Positions 49,440 through 63,489 of a stretch of DNA of 64,000 nucleotides are shown piece by piece. Origin of the DNA: Macrostomum lignano (lineage: Eukaryota). The notes beneath the pieces were generated by a model. That model made no database searches. It was not told where the DNA came from and was given only the letters and a program-made list of their open reading frames with translations. The first letter of the stretch is position 1. The number at the start of each line of letters is the position of its first letter. Location of the stretch: assembly GCA_002269645.1 (NCBI GenBank), contig NIVC01003954.1, positions 1 to 64,000 of the forward strand, in the 5' to 3' direction. Position numbers and translations under genes: made by a program.

Positions 49440-51440
49440 TCATCTCCGACCATCAGGATAAAATCTCCCACACAAACTTCAACACGATCTCCGACACAAT
49501 CTCCGACACAATCTTCGACACAATCTCCTACAAAATCTCTGACACAATCTCCGACACAATCTTCGACACGATCTCCGACACAATCTCCGACACAATCTCC
49601 TACAAAATCTCTGACGCAATCTCCGACACAATCTTCGACACGATCTCCGACACGATCTCTGACACAATCTCCGACACAATCTCCGACACAATCTCCGACA
49701 TGATCTCTGACACAATCTCCTACAAAATCTCTGACACTATCTCTGACACAATCTCCGACACGATCTCCGACACAATCTCCGACACGATCTCTGACACAAT
49801 CCCCGACACAATCTCCGACACGATCTCTGACACAATCTCTGACACAATCCCCGACACAATCTCCGACACAATCTCCGACCATCTCCGGCAAAATCTCCGA
49901 CACAATATCCGACACAATTTCCGATACGATCTCTGACACAATTTCCGATACGATCTCTGACACAATCCCCGACACAATCTCCGACACAATCTCTGACACG
50001 ATCTCCGACCATCTCCGGCAAAATCTCCGACACAATCTCCGACCATCTCCGGCAAAATTTCCGACACAATCTCTGACACGATCTCTGACACAATATCCGA
50101 CACAATTTCCGATACGATCTCTGACACAATCTCCGACACGATCTCTGACACAATCCCCGACACAATCTCCGGCACAATCTCCGACACAATCTCTGACACG
50201 ATCTCTGACACAATCCCCGACAAATCTCTGACACGATCTCGGACACAATATCCGACACAATTTCCGATACGATCTCTGACACAATTTCCGATACGATCTC
50301 TGACACAATCTCCGACAAGATCTCTGACACAATCCCCGACACAATCTCTGACACAATCTCCGACACAATCTCCGACCATCTTCGGCAAAATCTCCGACAC
50401 AATCTCTGACACGATCTCTGACACAATCCCCGACACAATCTCCGACACAATCTCTGACACGATCTCTGACACGATCTCGGACACAATATCCGACACAATT
50501 TCCGATACGATCTCTGACACAATCCCCGACACAATCTCCGACACAATCTCCGACCATCTCCGGCAAAATCTCCGACACAATCTCTGACACGATCTCTGAC
50601 ACAATCCCCGACACAATCTCCGACACAATCTCTGACACGATCTCGGACACAATATCCGACACAATCTCCGACACAATCTTTGACACGATCTCTGACACGA
50701 TCTCGGACACAATCTCCGACACAATCTCCGACCATCTCCGGCAAAATCTCCGACACAATCTCTGACACGATCTCTGACACAATCCCCGACACAATCTCCG
50801 ACACAATCTCTGACACGATCTCGGACACAATCTCCGACACAATTTCCGATACGATCTCTGACACAATTTCCGATACGATCTCTGACACAATCTCCGACAC
50901 GATCTTCGACACGATCTTTGACACAATCTCTGACACGATCTTTGACACAATCTCTGACACGATCTCTGACACAATCCCCGACACGATCTCTGACACAATC
51001 TCTGACACGATCTCTGACACAATCCCCGACACAATCTCTGACACGATCTCGGACACAATCTCCGACACAATTTCCGATACGATCTCTGACACAATTTCCG
51101 ATACGATCTCTGACACAATCTCCGACACGATCTCCGACACGATCTCTGACACAATCTCTGACACAATCTCTGACACGATCTTTGACACAATCTCTGACTC
51201 AATCTCCGACATGATCTCTGACACAATCTCCGACACAATCTCTGACACAATCTCCGACACAATCTCTGACACGATCTCTGACACAATCTCCAGCACAATC
51301 TCCGACACAAGCCCCGACATAATCTCCGACCATCTCCAGCACAATCTCCGACACAAGCCCCGACATAATCTCCGACCATCTCCAGCACAATCTCCGACAC
51401 AAGCCCCGACATAATCTCCGACCATCTCTGGCACAATCAC
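49440..51440 (+). repeat. 12-bp minisatellite (ACAATCTCCGAC)n
   Basis: 2 kb array; source of the 300-676 aa pseudo-ORFs. Confidence 0.96.
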
Positions 51441-51842
51441 TAACCAACTCTGACATTTTTCCAACCCGCCTCCAACTCTGAAACATTGGCCCTCACAAAG
51501 TCAATATTGAACTGAATCGTGTAGCCCTCAATATTCTAACCGAAAGCAATTATCACTGGGGCCCAAGATGCATTAAAATCCATTAAAATAGTCCCAGCCA
51601 ATCAGGTTTAAGGCTTCTATCACTAAACGCTGCTCAGCTGCAACCAATGGGAGCAGTCAATGGGAGCAGACCCTGCCTAGGCCTAGTATTCTTCAGTTCT
51701 TAACTTGTCCCAAATCTCTTTTTCAACAAAAGCCAAACAGCACATGCCCAGCAGCAATCTTAATAAAATTTGTGAATCAAAATATAACTTAAGACTGAAA
51801 AAGCAGGTTTGATTGCAAAAGCAAGGAACAACAGCAAGAAAT

Positions 51843-52137
51843 ATGCTACTGCCGCTGCTGCTGCTGCTGCTGCCAGCTGCTCTCAGCCTCTCAGCGCCAT
51901 CACCAGTAGGCAGATCGTTGAAAATCTCGGTCCTACTCCCAATGTCGCGGCACAACATCTCCCACATGAGTCTTGAACGCGTCCTGCCTGTTGTCGACGT
52001 TGCGGTGGCGTCCGCCCAGTCTGTTGGTCTGTTGTCAAATGTCACAGTTCGGTTGCTAAGCAACGATAGCGAATGCGACTATTCAATTGCTCCGGTGGTT
52101 GGCATGCTCATGCTCCGCGAGGTTGACCTGATGCTGG
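51843..52137 (+). CDS. Receptor guanylyl cyclase variable cassette V4, exon a
   Basis: MLLPLLLLLLPAALSLS leader; LKISVLLP...SLERVLPVVDVAV...NDSECD...VDLMLG; donor CTGG|GTAAGT, phase 1. Confidence 0.9.
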
Positions 52138-52194
52138 GTAAGTGAATGACATTAGTGTCTTTTTTCTTGCTGCGTTGCTATATGTTACATCTCA

Positions 52195-52665
52195 CCATGT
52201 TTCTCTCATAATTCTCACCCTGTCTCTCTCCTTAATCTCACCGCGTTTCTTCTTAATCCCATCCTTTCTCTCTCCGTAATCTCATCTCTTCTCTCCTTAA
52301 GCTCATCCTCTCTCGCACCTCAATCTCACCGTGTCTCTCTCCTTAATCTCACCCCGTCTCTCTCCTTAATCTGACCCCGTCTCTCTCCTTAATCTCACCC
52401 TGTCTCTCTTCTTAATCTCATCGTGTCTCTCTCCTTAATCTCACCCTGTCTCTCTCCTTAATCTCACTGTGTCTCTCTCCTTAATCTCACCCTGTCTCTC
52501 TCCTTAATCTCATCGTGTCTCTCTCCTTAATCTCACCCTGTCTCTCTTCTTAATCTCATCGTGTCTCTCTCCTTAATCTCACCCTGTTTCTCTCCTTAAT
52601 TTCACCCCGTCTCTCTCCTTAATCTCACCCTGTCTCTCTCTTTAATCTCATCGTGTCTCTCTCCT
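52195..52665 (+). repeat. ~27-bp pyrimidine-rich minisatellite (CTCTCTCCTTAATCTCACCCTGT)n
   Basis: Tandem units. Confidence 0.9.
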
Positions 52666-53159
52666 TAGTCGCACATTATCTATACCTATAAAAATGAAAT
52701 CCCTAATAAATATCATTTTATCTCTCCTTATTCTCATACTATCTCTGCTACCACTGCCCCTTTCTTACCTATCTATATTTTCCCTCACTTTACAGGCCTC
52801 CGAAACATCACACGCTTCCCTTTCTCACTCCTTCCCTCCTCCCAGCGCTCTCTCACCTTCTATTTCCTGTGTCGCTGACTCCCTGATAATTTCTAATGCG
52901 GCAGTATCAGCCAACCCGGATGTTGGACAAGATGGAGCGACCGACAGACGGGGGTTGGCTGCAAAAAAATCATAGCAACGAAATGGACGAAGCGGGAAGC
53001 TGGGGAGATGAAGGGGATCGCCGGAGCTCCGACCGGGGCGGGAGGGTTGCTGGGTAGGCCAACCAACCACCCTATTTCCCAACCGGAAGCTGCTGGATTT
53101 CACACCTCAGCAAACTGTCACTGCTGAATCTGTCACTCATTGGAAGCCTCTGATGAGCT

Positions 53160-53560
53160 CAACTCACTCATTTGTTCACTCACTCGCACAGTCACTCACT
53201 CATTCACTCACTCACTCATTCACTCTCTCATTCACTCACTCACTCATTCACTCTCTCATTCACTCACTCACTCATTCACTCTCTCATTCACTCACTCACG
53301 CAGTGACTCACGCAGTGACTCACACATTCACTCACTCACTCATTCACTCTCTCATTCACTCACACAGTCACTCACTCATTCACTCTCTCATTCACTCTCT
53401 CATTCACTCACACAGTCACTCACTCATTCACTCTCTCATTCACTCACTCATTCAATCAGTCACTCACTTGCTCGCTCACTCACTCATTCGCTCACTAATT
53501 CACTCAATCACTAATTCACTCCATCACTCATTCACTCATGCTCTCAGTCGCGGGCTCATA
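53160..53560 (+). repeat. (CACT/CATT)n microsatellite
   Basis: Composition. Confidence 0.9.
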
Positions 53561-53996
53561 AACTCACTCATACGAAACTCATATTTTAGCTTGTGATTCT
53601 CCACGTCTATCTTTCTGTCAAAGTTCCACAAAGTGGTCCATATTTAGCCTCTGACCTTCTGTAGCTGTTTCTCTATTTATCGTTTCCTTATTTAATTTTT
53701 TGTTTACATCGTTATCAGTTTTATTATTCTTTTCCGGCTGTGATAATGTCTTTTTTTCTTACCTGGCTTAGCCACAAAATAGCTGCCAGTCTTTTGAGTT
53801 CCAGATTTTCATCTTTTCCGCCTTTGCTGAGCTGATCTTCCCGACAGCACATCTCGACTGTCTGCCTGTCTGATTCAGTCACACTGCCTCGCGCATCAAG
53901 CAAATACACTGCCCCGGTGACGCCTGAAGGAAAGCAAGGGATTATGCGATTTGTTGGGCTGGCTAGAATTCCCAATGCTGGCTCAGATTTCACGAT

Positions 53997-55079
<1,083 letters not shown>

Positions 55080-55567
55080 CTGAGCTGATGGGCATCAAGT
55101 TTGCCTCATCCTACTTATTGACTTCCTATTCCCCCGCTCCTGTCCAATTCGAAAGCCGCCCCAGCTTGATGGACAGGTGAAGTCGCCACAGAAACCCCAG
55201 ACGCGGGCCTCCCATCCGGTAGGCAAAAACCCGCCCGATGCTTCCCCTCTAATCCCGCTCTCATTTCTCCCATCAGGCTGGGTTGCGGGTGAAAAAGTAC
55301 CAGTGAGTTCTGCTCACAAACTCTGATGCTTCCTCCACTACTATATCTTCTCTCTTGCTTCGAAATGTACTTTTATCGAATCGTCGCTCTAGTAAGATCA
55401 CTTGCGCCTGCATGGATGGGCCTGTCGGGACTGTTCCGCGATCTTCTGACCCCTCTGCTCAATAGATGTCATTAGTCAGCAGTGGTAATACTGCTTGCCT
55501 GGCTGAAAAGTCATTTGTGGCGCCAGGATAAATTCTATCTCAAATCCCACCCCCTACTTCGTCGCAG

Positions 55568-55990
55568 GTCCCTACTGCTCCTTTTGTCTTGGCGCCGTGG
55601 CCCGGTACAACCGCTACCACCTGTACCAGCGGCCCATCATCACCTCGGGCGGCGGTGCCAGCGTCCTCAACAACAAAGTGGAATATTACAATCTGATCCG
55701 AGTCGGCCCCAGTCACGAGCAGATCGAAGAGATGTTACTCAAGATATTTAAGCACTACAATTGGAGGCCCAGGCCAGTGCAGACTGTGCTGGTCGTTGGG
55801 CCACCAGATGAGATCAACTCCAGGCAGCATCAGTCGGAGTCCATCATCTCTGACGCCTTGGTGATGAGCGTGGCCATCGAGAAGATGCTCACTCAGCCGA
55901 ACGTGAGCTACATCGCCAGACGGCTCACGTATAAGCCAGGGAGGCCGCACCTGGCCACCCAGCTGTTCAAGGTGTTGGAAGAGGTTCGAA
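55568..55990 (+). CDS. Receptor guanylyl cyclase variable cassette V4, exon b
   Basis: Acceptor TCGCAG|GT (phase 1, completes LG-PYCSFCLGAVAR); PIITSGG...YYNLIRVGPS...KHYNW; best donor CGAA|GTAAGG, phase 1. Confidence 0.87.
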
Positions 55991-56134
55991 GTAAGGACCG
56001 CACGAAGAATTCAAGATTGTGATGAGAATTTTTTTCAGGTTGTATTGAAATAAGCGAGCCTTTTTGAGCTGAGGTTATTATGCAAATCGCCAGAGATTAA
56101 AAAATTATCAACTAAGTCGGCTGATCGATCGATC

Positions 56135-56189
56135 AATCAACCAACCAATCAATCAATCAATCAATCAACCAACCAATCAATCAATCAAC

Positions 56190-56224
<35 letters not shown>

Positions 56225-56416
56225 CCAATCAACCAACCAACCAATCAATCAACCAATCAACCAATCAACCAACCAATCAATCAACCAACCAACCAACCAA
56301 TCAATCAATCAATAAATCAACCAACCAACCAACCAACCAACCAACCAACCAACCAACCAACCAATCAATCAATCAATTTTCAACGAATCAACCAACCAAC
56401 CAACCAACCAATCAAC

Positions 56417-56455
<39 letters not shown>

Positions 56456-56548
56456 CCAACCAACCAACCAACCAACCAACCAACCAACCAACCAACCAAC
56501 CAACCAACCAACCAATCAACCAATTAATCAACCAACCAATCAACCAAC

Positions 56549-56579
<31 letters not shown>

Positions 56580-57060
56580 CCAACCAATCAACCAACCAAT
56601 CAACCAATCAATCAACCAACCAATCAATCAACCAATCAATCAACCAATCAACCAATCAACCAACCAATCAATCAACCAACCAATCAATCAATCAATCAAC
56701 CAACTAACCAACCAACCAACCAACCAACCAATCAACCAACCAACCAATCAATCAACCAATCAACCAATCAACCAACCAATCAATCAACCAACCAACCAAC
56801 CAACCAATCAATCAATCAATCAACCAACCAACCAACCAACCAACCAATCAACCAACCAACCAACCAACCAATCAACCAACCAACCAACCAACCAACCAAT
56901 CAATCAATCAATCAACCAACCAACCAACCAACCAACCAACCAACCAATCAATCAATCAATTTTCAACGAATCAACCAAACCAACCAACCAACCAATCAAT
57001 CAGTCAATCAATCAAGCAATTTTTAACGAACCAAGCAAAAAATCAATCAATCAATTATCA
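56135..57060 (+). repeat. (CAAC/CAAT)n microsatellite
   Basis: Composition. Confidence 0.95.
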
Positions 57061-58960
57061 ATCATTCGGCAAGAAACGTGTTAATCTGTCAAAAACATAC
57101 TTGGAAAATCAATTCCATTGAAATTGAGCAAACTGAGGAACTTCGGGAACACTCGAGGTCTCTGTAAAATTTTCTCAAAATCTTCACGTGTTGCAGCAAA
57201 AAGCAAGAAATATTATCAGCAAGCTTCAATCTTCTGAATCAAGGCAAAAAACGCTGGTCCAGTTTGCAGAATCTCAGCTTCTGCATCTGGGACACTCAAA
57301 ATGCTATTTGACGGCTCCAATCTGACATTGTATCCGCCTACAGCTTAAGGCGTGAATTATTAACTTGATGCTGCGATGCCCTCTCTGACTGTGCATTGCT
57401 GATTTTCTTGGTGGCAGCTGGGGGCGGTGGCAAACACCCTCCCGGATCCCAGGGGATCACAGTGCAAGTCTCTGCCGCCCCAAGAGCTGAGATTTAGCCC
57501 CAACGCTAACTGCTCACCCTCTGCACAGCCCAGAAACTGCATTTTATGCCAACAATAAGCCTGCAGCCACTTCGGGCACAAATTAATTTCAATACCAATC
57601 GAACCGCTTCTCGAACGTGGGATTCCTTTTTTAGAAAGTTATATACTCTCCTTTACTTCTATGCTATAAAATACCGCCAAGGTTTATTTCCATTTTATTG
57701 CTTCTCCAGCAAGATTGCGGAGGCTGGGATCCAAGTGCATGCATGGGGATCAGCGAAGATCTGTAAAGGAGAGGCTTCTCCACTCACTCCATACCCGGGG
57801 AGCGAAGAAGTTTTTCTTTACTATTTCTGCAATTCCGTATGCGCGCCACTGATTGCCTCGGCTTAGTAAGAGAGAGGGAGATGAGAGATGAAGAAGAGCC
57901 GTCCCTGAGGCGTTTGGATTAAACACAACATCTTTTTGTAAAAGGCTCTCTACTGCTGCTGGTGGCAAAATCCACAGGGGATGTTCGAATTTTAACTTAA
58001 TGGGTTGAATCTGTTTCAGTCTTATATAGGATAATCTGAAAAATAGAGTTTTTAGTTTTTCGTCCCAGCGATTCAAATCCATCTTTCTTAGGCAGATTAA
58101 AGACTTCTGTCCGTCAGCTGACGTTCTTTGGCCCCTTTTCAAAGGGTGCGTTGCCTTCTAAAGGGTAAGCAGAAAAAGAATTGCAGCCAGAAACACGAAT
58201 TCTTAAAGTGCACCTTGACAGAGAAAACTTCGCCAAAAAGCATTTTCGAATTTTCCGTTTTTAAACACTTAATTGTTGAATACTAAGTACTGTGACTCTG
58301 GATGTACATTCTAGCCTACATGGTCGGTTTGTAATTATGGAATAGGGTGGATTGTTTTAATGTACATATGGAGTGAGATGGGTTGTTTTAATGTACATAT
58401 AGAGTAAGATGGGTTGTTTTAATGTACATATGGAGTGAGGTGGGTGGCTACCTGTATTGCGTGCTTCTTCAATTAGAGAAGCTGATTAGTTGATATAGCT
58501 TTTTGCAGCCCGTTTGGGCCTACATGCATTGTAACACGATATAAATGCGTAAAAGCGTGCATTGAACGTTAAAAGCGTGCTTAAATGGCTCGTGATCGCG
58601 TATTGGCTGGATTCATTTAATGCACGAGAAATATATATCGTGTTACAATGACATTTAACGCCCGATTGTCTATTTCAAACTTACTCTAATGCAAATTAGC
58701 GGGCAGTTAATATCATTAACTGCCCGCTAATTTTGTCCCACTTTGTCAAGGACACAAATGTCTATGGCACAATAATAGTAATTTAAACTACTTTAAAGCT
58801 CACTTTCAGGGAGGTTATTGACATAGATTTTATTTTGCGGGATTTAATCGATCACTTTCCCGGACATATTGCAAGAATTATTGTATGTATCTAAATAAGC
58901 GAGCTTCTCTCTTCTCTTCCTTCGTGACTCGAGAAATTTCTTAATGAATTTGTTTGAATC

Positions 58961-59165
58961 TCAGCTTGGCTCTGCTCGTGCAATTAACTCCCTTGAGGCC
59001 CAACCCCCAAGGCACAGTGAAGAAGTGTACATGACTAACGATAAATAAAGTTAGGGCCGCTGTACACTCCTGTGTGAGTGTGTGCCTGCGCGTATGACTG
59101 CGTACGTATCCGCGCGCTTGTGTGGAATGGGCAGTAATGCCTCTCGTCGGTTGTGTGACAATGTC
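58961..59165 (+). mobile_element. SINE-like dispersed repeat fragment (second copy at 62172-62357)
   Basis: Shared TCAGCTT(G/A)GCTCTGCTCGTGCAATTAAC...GTTAGGGCCGCTGTACACTCCTGTGTGAGTGTGTGCCTG...GGAATGGGCAGTA.TGCCTCTCG.CGGTTGTGTGA. Confidence 0.7.
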
Positions 59166-59640
59166 GCTTAAAGTGAGCCATGGAGCACACAGCCTCTGCC
59201 TCTAAAAAGGTCAAAACTTCGCTTCGATCCCAAGCCCATGGCGTTTGTTCGACAGTCCAGCATATGGTCCACGATTCTGGGACTGATGTGAAACTGTAGA
59301 GCCGCTATGGGCCAAATTGATGCTTGTTGGACCAGACTAAATGCCGCTGTGCCAAACTTGCTACCATAGACAAAAGCTCCGTTGCTTTGACAAACATCTT
59401 GGATTAATTCAGTGTGTGCTTGCAAAAATGGGCTGCAAAAATGCTATAAGAAAAAATGTCCTCCTATGAATTGCATGAATTCCCAAAGACGCCTAATTAT
59501 TTGCCCTCTGTTCCATCATTACTTTCCCCAGTCCCTAATTATCACTCAGGAAGAAGTCCTTTTTCGACGGCTTCTGAAATCCGTGGGCAGCAGAGCGGGC
59601 AGCAAGAAATTTGGCAATTCCTCACATTTTGACATTTCAG

Positions 59641-59752
59641 TCGTGGTTTTGTGCGCCGATCCGGACACTGTGCGGGACATCATGATCCGCGCGGAGGAGC
59701 TGGGCTTCATCAATGGGGAGTATGTCTTCTTTAATATCGACCTGTTCAGCAG
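59641..59752 (+). CDS. Receptor guanylyl cyclase constant exon C1
   Basis: Acceptor TTTCAG|TC (phase 1); xVVLCADPDTVRDIMIRAEELGFINGEYVFFNIDLFS is a typical NPR/Gyc76C-like segment; donor AG|GTGAGT, phase 2. Confidence 0.93.
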
Positions 59753-59767
59753 GTGAGTGCCTCCCAC

Positions 59768-60124
<357 letters not shown>

Positions 60125-60134
60125 CCTCTCGCAG

Positions 60135-60697
60135 CGAGAAGCTGACAGTCCGGCCCTGGCGCCGTGTCAACGACACCGCCGAGCGCAACAGCAAGGCCTT
60201 CCGCGCCTACCGCTCGCTGATGACCATCACGCTGCGAAAGCCCAACAGCCCGGAGTACCGCAACTTCAGCCGCCAGGTGAAGGAGCTGGCCTACCATAAG
60301 TACAACTTCACCTATCCCGAGGAGGAAGTGAACAGCTTCGTCGGCGCTTTTCACGACGCCGTTCTGCTGTACGCCCTGGCCATCAACGACACCCTGCGGG
60401 AGCACGGCAGCGAAGGAATCCGCAACGGCTCGCTGGTGACGGAGAAGATGAAGAGTCGCAGCTTCGAGGGCATCACTGGCACTGTGAGCATCAACAAGAA
60501 TGGCGACAGGAACGCCGACTACTCGCTGCTGGACATGGACAAGGACACTGGCGAGTTCGCAGTCGTGGCGCACTACAACGGCAACAAGAAGGTGTACGAG
60601 CTGGTCAAGGATCGCCAGATAGACTGGAATAACGAGGAGAATCTGCCGCCCAAGGATATTCCCACCTGCGGATTCGATTATTCTCTGTGCAAGAAGG
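60135..60697 (+). CDS. Receptor guanylyl cyclase constant exon C2 (rest of ectodomain)
   Basis: Phase-2 acceptor; PWRR...AYRSLMTITL...GAFHDAVLLYALA...FEGITGTVSINKNGDRNADYSLLDM...PPKDIPTCGFDYSLC; donor AAGG|GTTAGT, phase 1. Confidence 0.96.
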
Positions 60698-60729
60698 GTT
60701 AGTTTTATGGTGCCGTTTGGAGCTTAGAT

Positions 60730-61190
60730 CCGGCGGATCGGATGTACACTGGGAGTGAGGGGGATCGGATGTACACTGGGAGTGAGGGGATCGGATGTAC
60801 ACTGGGAGTGAGGGGGGATCTCGGATGTACATTGGGAGTGAAGGGGATTGGATGTACACTGGGAGTGAGGGGGATTGGATGTACACTGGGAGTGAGGGGA
60901 TCGGATGTACACTTGGAGTGAGGGGATCGGATGTACACTTGGAGTGAGGAGGATTGGATGTACACTGGGAGTGAGGGGGTTGGATGTACATTGGGAGTGA
61001 GGGGGGATTGGATGTACATTAAAGAAGTGAATAGGATCGGATGTACATTGGTAGTGAGGGGGATCGATTGTACGTTAAGAGTGAGGGCGAACTGAATGCC
61101 ACTGAAAGTAAGGTCAGAGAGAATGTACATTGGAATTGGTAGCGAGTTGAATGTACATTGCGAGTGGGGGTTGATGACGGAAGTACATCG
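60730..61190 (+). repeat. 23-24 bp minisatellite (GGATGTACACTGGGAGTGAGGGG)n, decaying rightwards
   Basis: Tandem units. Confidence 0.9.
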
Positions 61191-61296
61191 GTAAGAATAA
61201 ACTGTTAGAGTACAACTTCGCGCATCAATCAAACTCCGCGGTGAATTTGTGGTTTTCAGCCAACCAGTCCAAGCCATAAACTCACGCACCTTGCAG

Positions 61297-62093
61297 ACCT
61301 GACCCAGATGGCTCTGTACGCCGTGGTTGTCCTGCTAGTCCTGATCTGCTTCCTCACCATCCTGATCTTCGTCATCTACCGCAAGCTGCGTCTGGAGAGC
61401 GAACTGCACGGCATGAACTGGCGTATCGCCTGGGAGGAGCTCGAGCCCACCGAGAGGGTGGCAGCCCGCAGGCGGAGCCTGGCTCAGCCACAGCCACCGC
61501 CGCCGCAAAAGCAGACGACTAATAAGAAGAAGCGGGCTCGCCTAAATCAGAAGAAGCAGCAGCAGCAGCAGCCGCACTGGTTCTTCGCCAACCATCACGG
61601 GACGAAGCGATCCAATCGAGGAGATCCGGACGAGGCCGCAGCTGAAACTCTGCCGCTCCGGCCGTCGGGCGGAGGCGCCAATGACAGCGGCGGCGGTGAC
61701 ATCGGAGCCGGAGACTCGCAGAGCGTCGTCCAAATGGACTCGGCCAGCATGGAGTCCGTGGAGACGATCGCGGGAGTGCCGCTCAGCCAGATCCCCACGG
61801 CGCAGCTGTTCGCCAAGACCGCCTACTACAAGGGCACTCTGGTGGCGCTCAAGCAGCTGAATTTGCGCAACAAACGCATTGAGGTCACCAACCGCCTGCT
61901 GATGGAGGTGAAGCGAGTCAAGGACCTCGCTTCCGACAATGTCGTCCGCTTCATCGGCGCCTGCTTGGACCCGCCGAACGAGTGCCTGGTGACCGAGTAC
62001 TGTCCGAAAGGCTCTCTGCAGGACATCCTGGAGAATGACAATCTTAACCTGGACTGGATGTTCAAGTTGTCGCTGATGGCCGACATTTGCCGG
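61297..62093 (+). CDS. Receptor guanylyl cyclase constant exon C3 (TM helix, juxtamembrane region, start of kinase-homology domain)
   Basis: Phase-1 acceptor; TM ALYAVVVLLVLICFLTILIFVIY; RKLRLESEL..MNWRIAWEEL; YKGTLVALK...NVVRFIGAC...TEYCPKGSLQDILEN...LDWMFK.SL..DICR; donor CGG|GTAGGG, phase 0. Confidence 0.96.
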
Positions 62094-62094
62094 G

Positions 62095-62357
62095 TAGGGG
62101 CAATTTCATGTGCCAGCGGCCCAGGCTCGATTCCAAGTGCAGTCACATTAATTTGGGGCTAAATTCGAAGCTCAGCTTAGCTCTGCTCGTGCAATTAACG
62201 CCCTTGAAGTGTACATGCCTAACGATAAATACAGTTAGGGCCGCTGTACACTCCTGTGTGAGTGTGTGCCTGTGCGTGTGTCTGCGCGCTTGTGTGCCTG
62301 CTCACAGGAGTAGGCGGAATGGGCAGTAGTGCCTCTCGCCGGTTGTGTGATAATGCC
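62095..62357 (+). mobile_element. Probable tRNA-derived SINE (5'-eroded)
   Basis: B-box-like GGCTCGATTCC at ~62124, followed by the repeat also found at 58961-59165. Confidence 0.6.
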
Positions 62358-62519
62358 CACAGCGCCCCTGCCTCTAACTAAATAAAACTAAAAGGGCTTT
62401 CATAAGCTCCAAAACCTCACATTGTTTGGCGCGATGTCAAGGATAGAAGGATAGAGTTGTCCTATGTGTTACTAGCTAACAATGGATCAATAAGACATCA
62501 TGTTTCACCCACTAATCAG

Positions 62520-62691
62520 GGAATGATCTACCTGCACCACTCGTTCGGCTCGCATGGCAATCTGAAGTCGTCAAACTGCATGGTGGACTCGCGGTTCAGC
62601 TTGAAGATCGCGGACTTCGGTCTTCAGTCGCTGAGGTCAAACAAGCTGGAGTACAGGGACAAAGAGGACGGGGATTACTCAACATATCGCA
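62520..62691 (+). CDS. Receptor guanylyl cyclase constant exon C4 (kinase-homology domain); gene continues beyond the window
   Basis: Phase-0 acceptor; GMIYLH...[24 protein letters not shown] (HGN in place of catalytic HRD, diagnostic of rGC pseudokinase domains); donor CGCA|GTGAGT, phase 1. Confidence 0.96.
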
Positions 62692-62749
62692 GTGAGTCTT
62701 TGTTACTGATTTTATAGTCTTCCAGAGCTTCTAGATTTGCAGAGTTTCA

Positions 62750-63060
62750 GAGACTCACTCATAAACTCATGGACTCACTCATAAACTCATGGAGTCACTC
62801 ATACAAGTAAACTCATGGACTCACTCATAAACTCATGGAGTCACTCATAAACTCATGGACTCACTCATAAACTCATGGAGTCACTCATACAAGTAAACTC
62901 ATGGACTCACTCATAAACTCATGGAGTCACTCATAAACTCATGGACTCACTCATAAACTCATGGAGTCACTCATACAAGTAAACTCATGGACTCACTCAT
63001 AAACTCATGGACTCACTCATAAACTCATGGACTCACTCATAAACTCATGGACTCATAAAA
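62750..63060 (+). repeat. 20-bp minisatellite (ACTCACTCATAAACTCATGG)n
   Basis: Tandem units. Confidence 0.93.
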
Positions 63061-63489
63061 TCATGAGCTCATAGACTCAATTGTACAGCAAGTATGTCAG
63101 TCAGAGTTTTGAGCTTCAAGTGGTTGCTTTGTGCTACGAGTTAATGTAGTATTAAAATGCACTTTCAACGGTTGGATTTCGGAGCGACTAACTTGAGGCT
63201 TTTCTTTGATTTTCGGTCCTCAATCCAGAAACAAAGAATGAATCTAAGGGTGAATCTAAGGGTGAATTTTTAGGGTAAATCTTAGAGTGAATCTAAAGGT
63301 GAATCTAAGGGTGAATCTAAGAGTGAATCCTAAAGTAAATCTTAGAGTGAATCCCTGAGGCGCGTCGCCACTGGGGGGACAGGGGGACATGTCTGCCCAG
63401 TAAAAGCTATGGGGGGGACATGCCAGTGATTTGTCCCCCCCAGCCCACCTTGTGACTGGTTGTTTCAACCAATCCTTTTTCGTCAAGGT

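Noticed and set aside
49406-51486. 676-aa and 575-aa Cys/Arg- or SEIV-rich ORFs
   Set aside because: Frames of a 12-bp minisatellite lacking stop codons.
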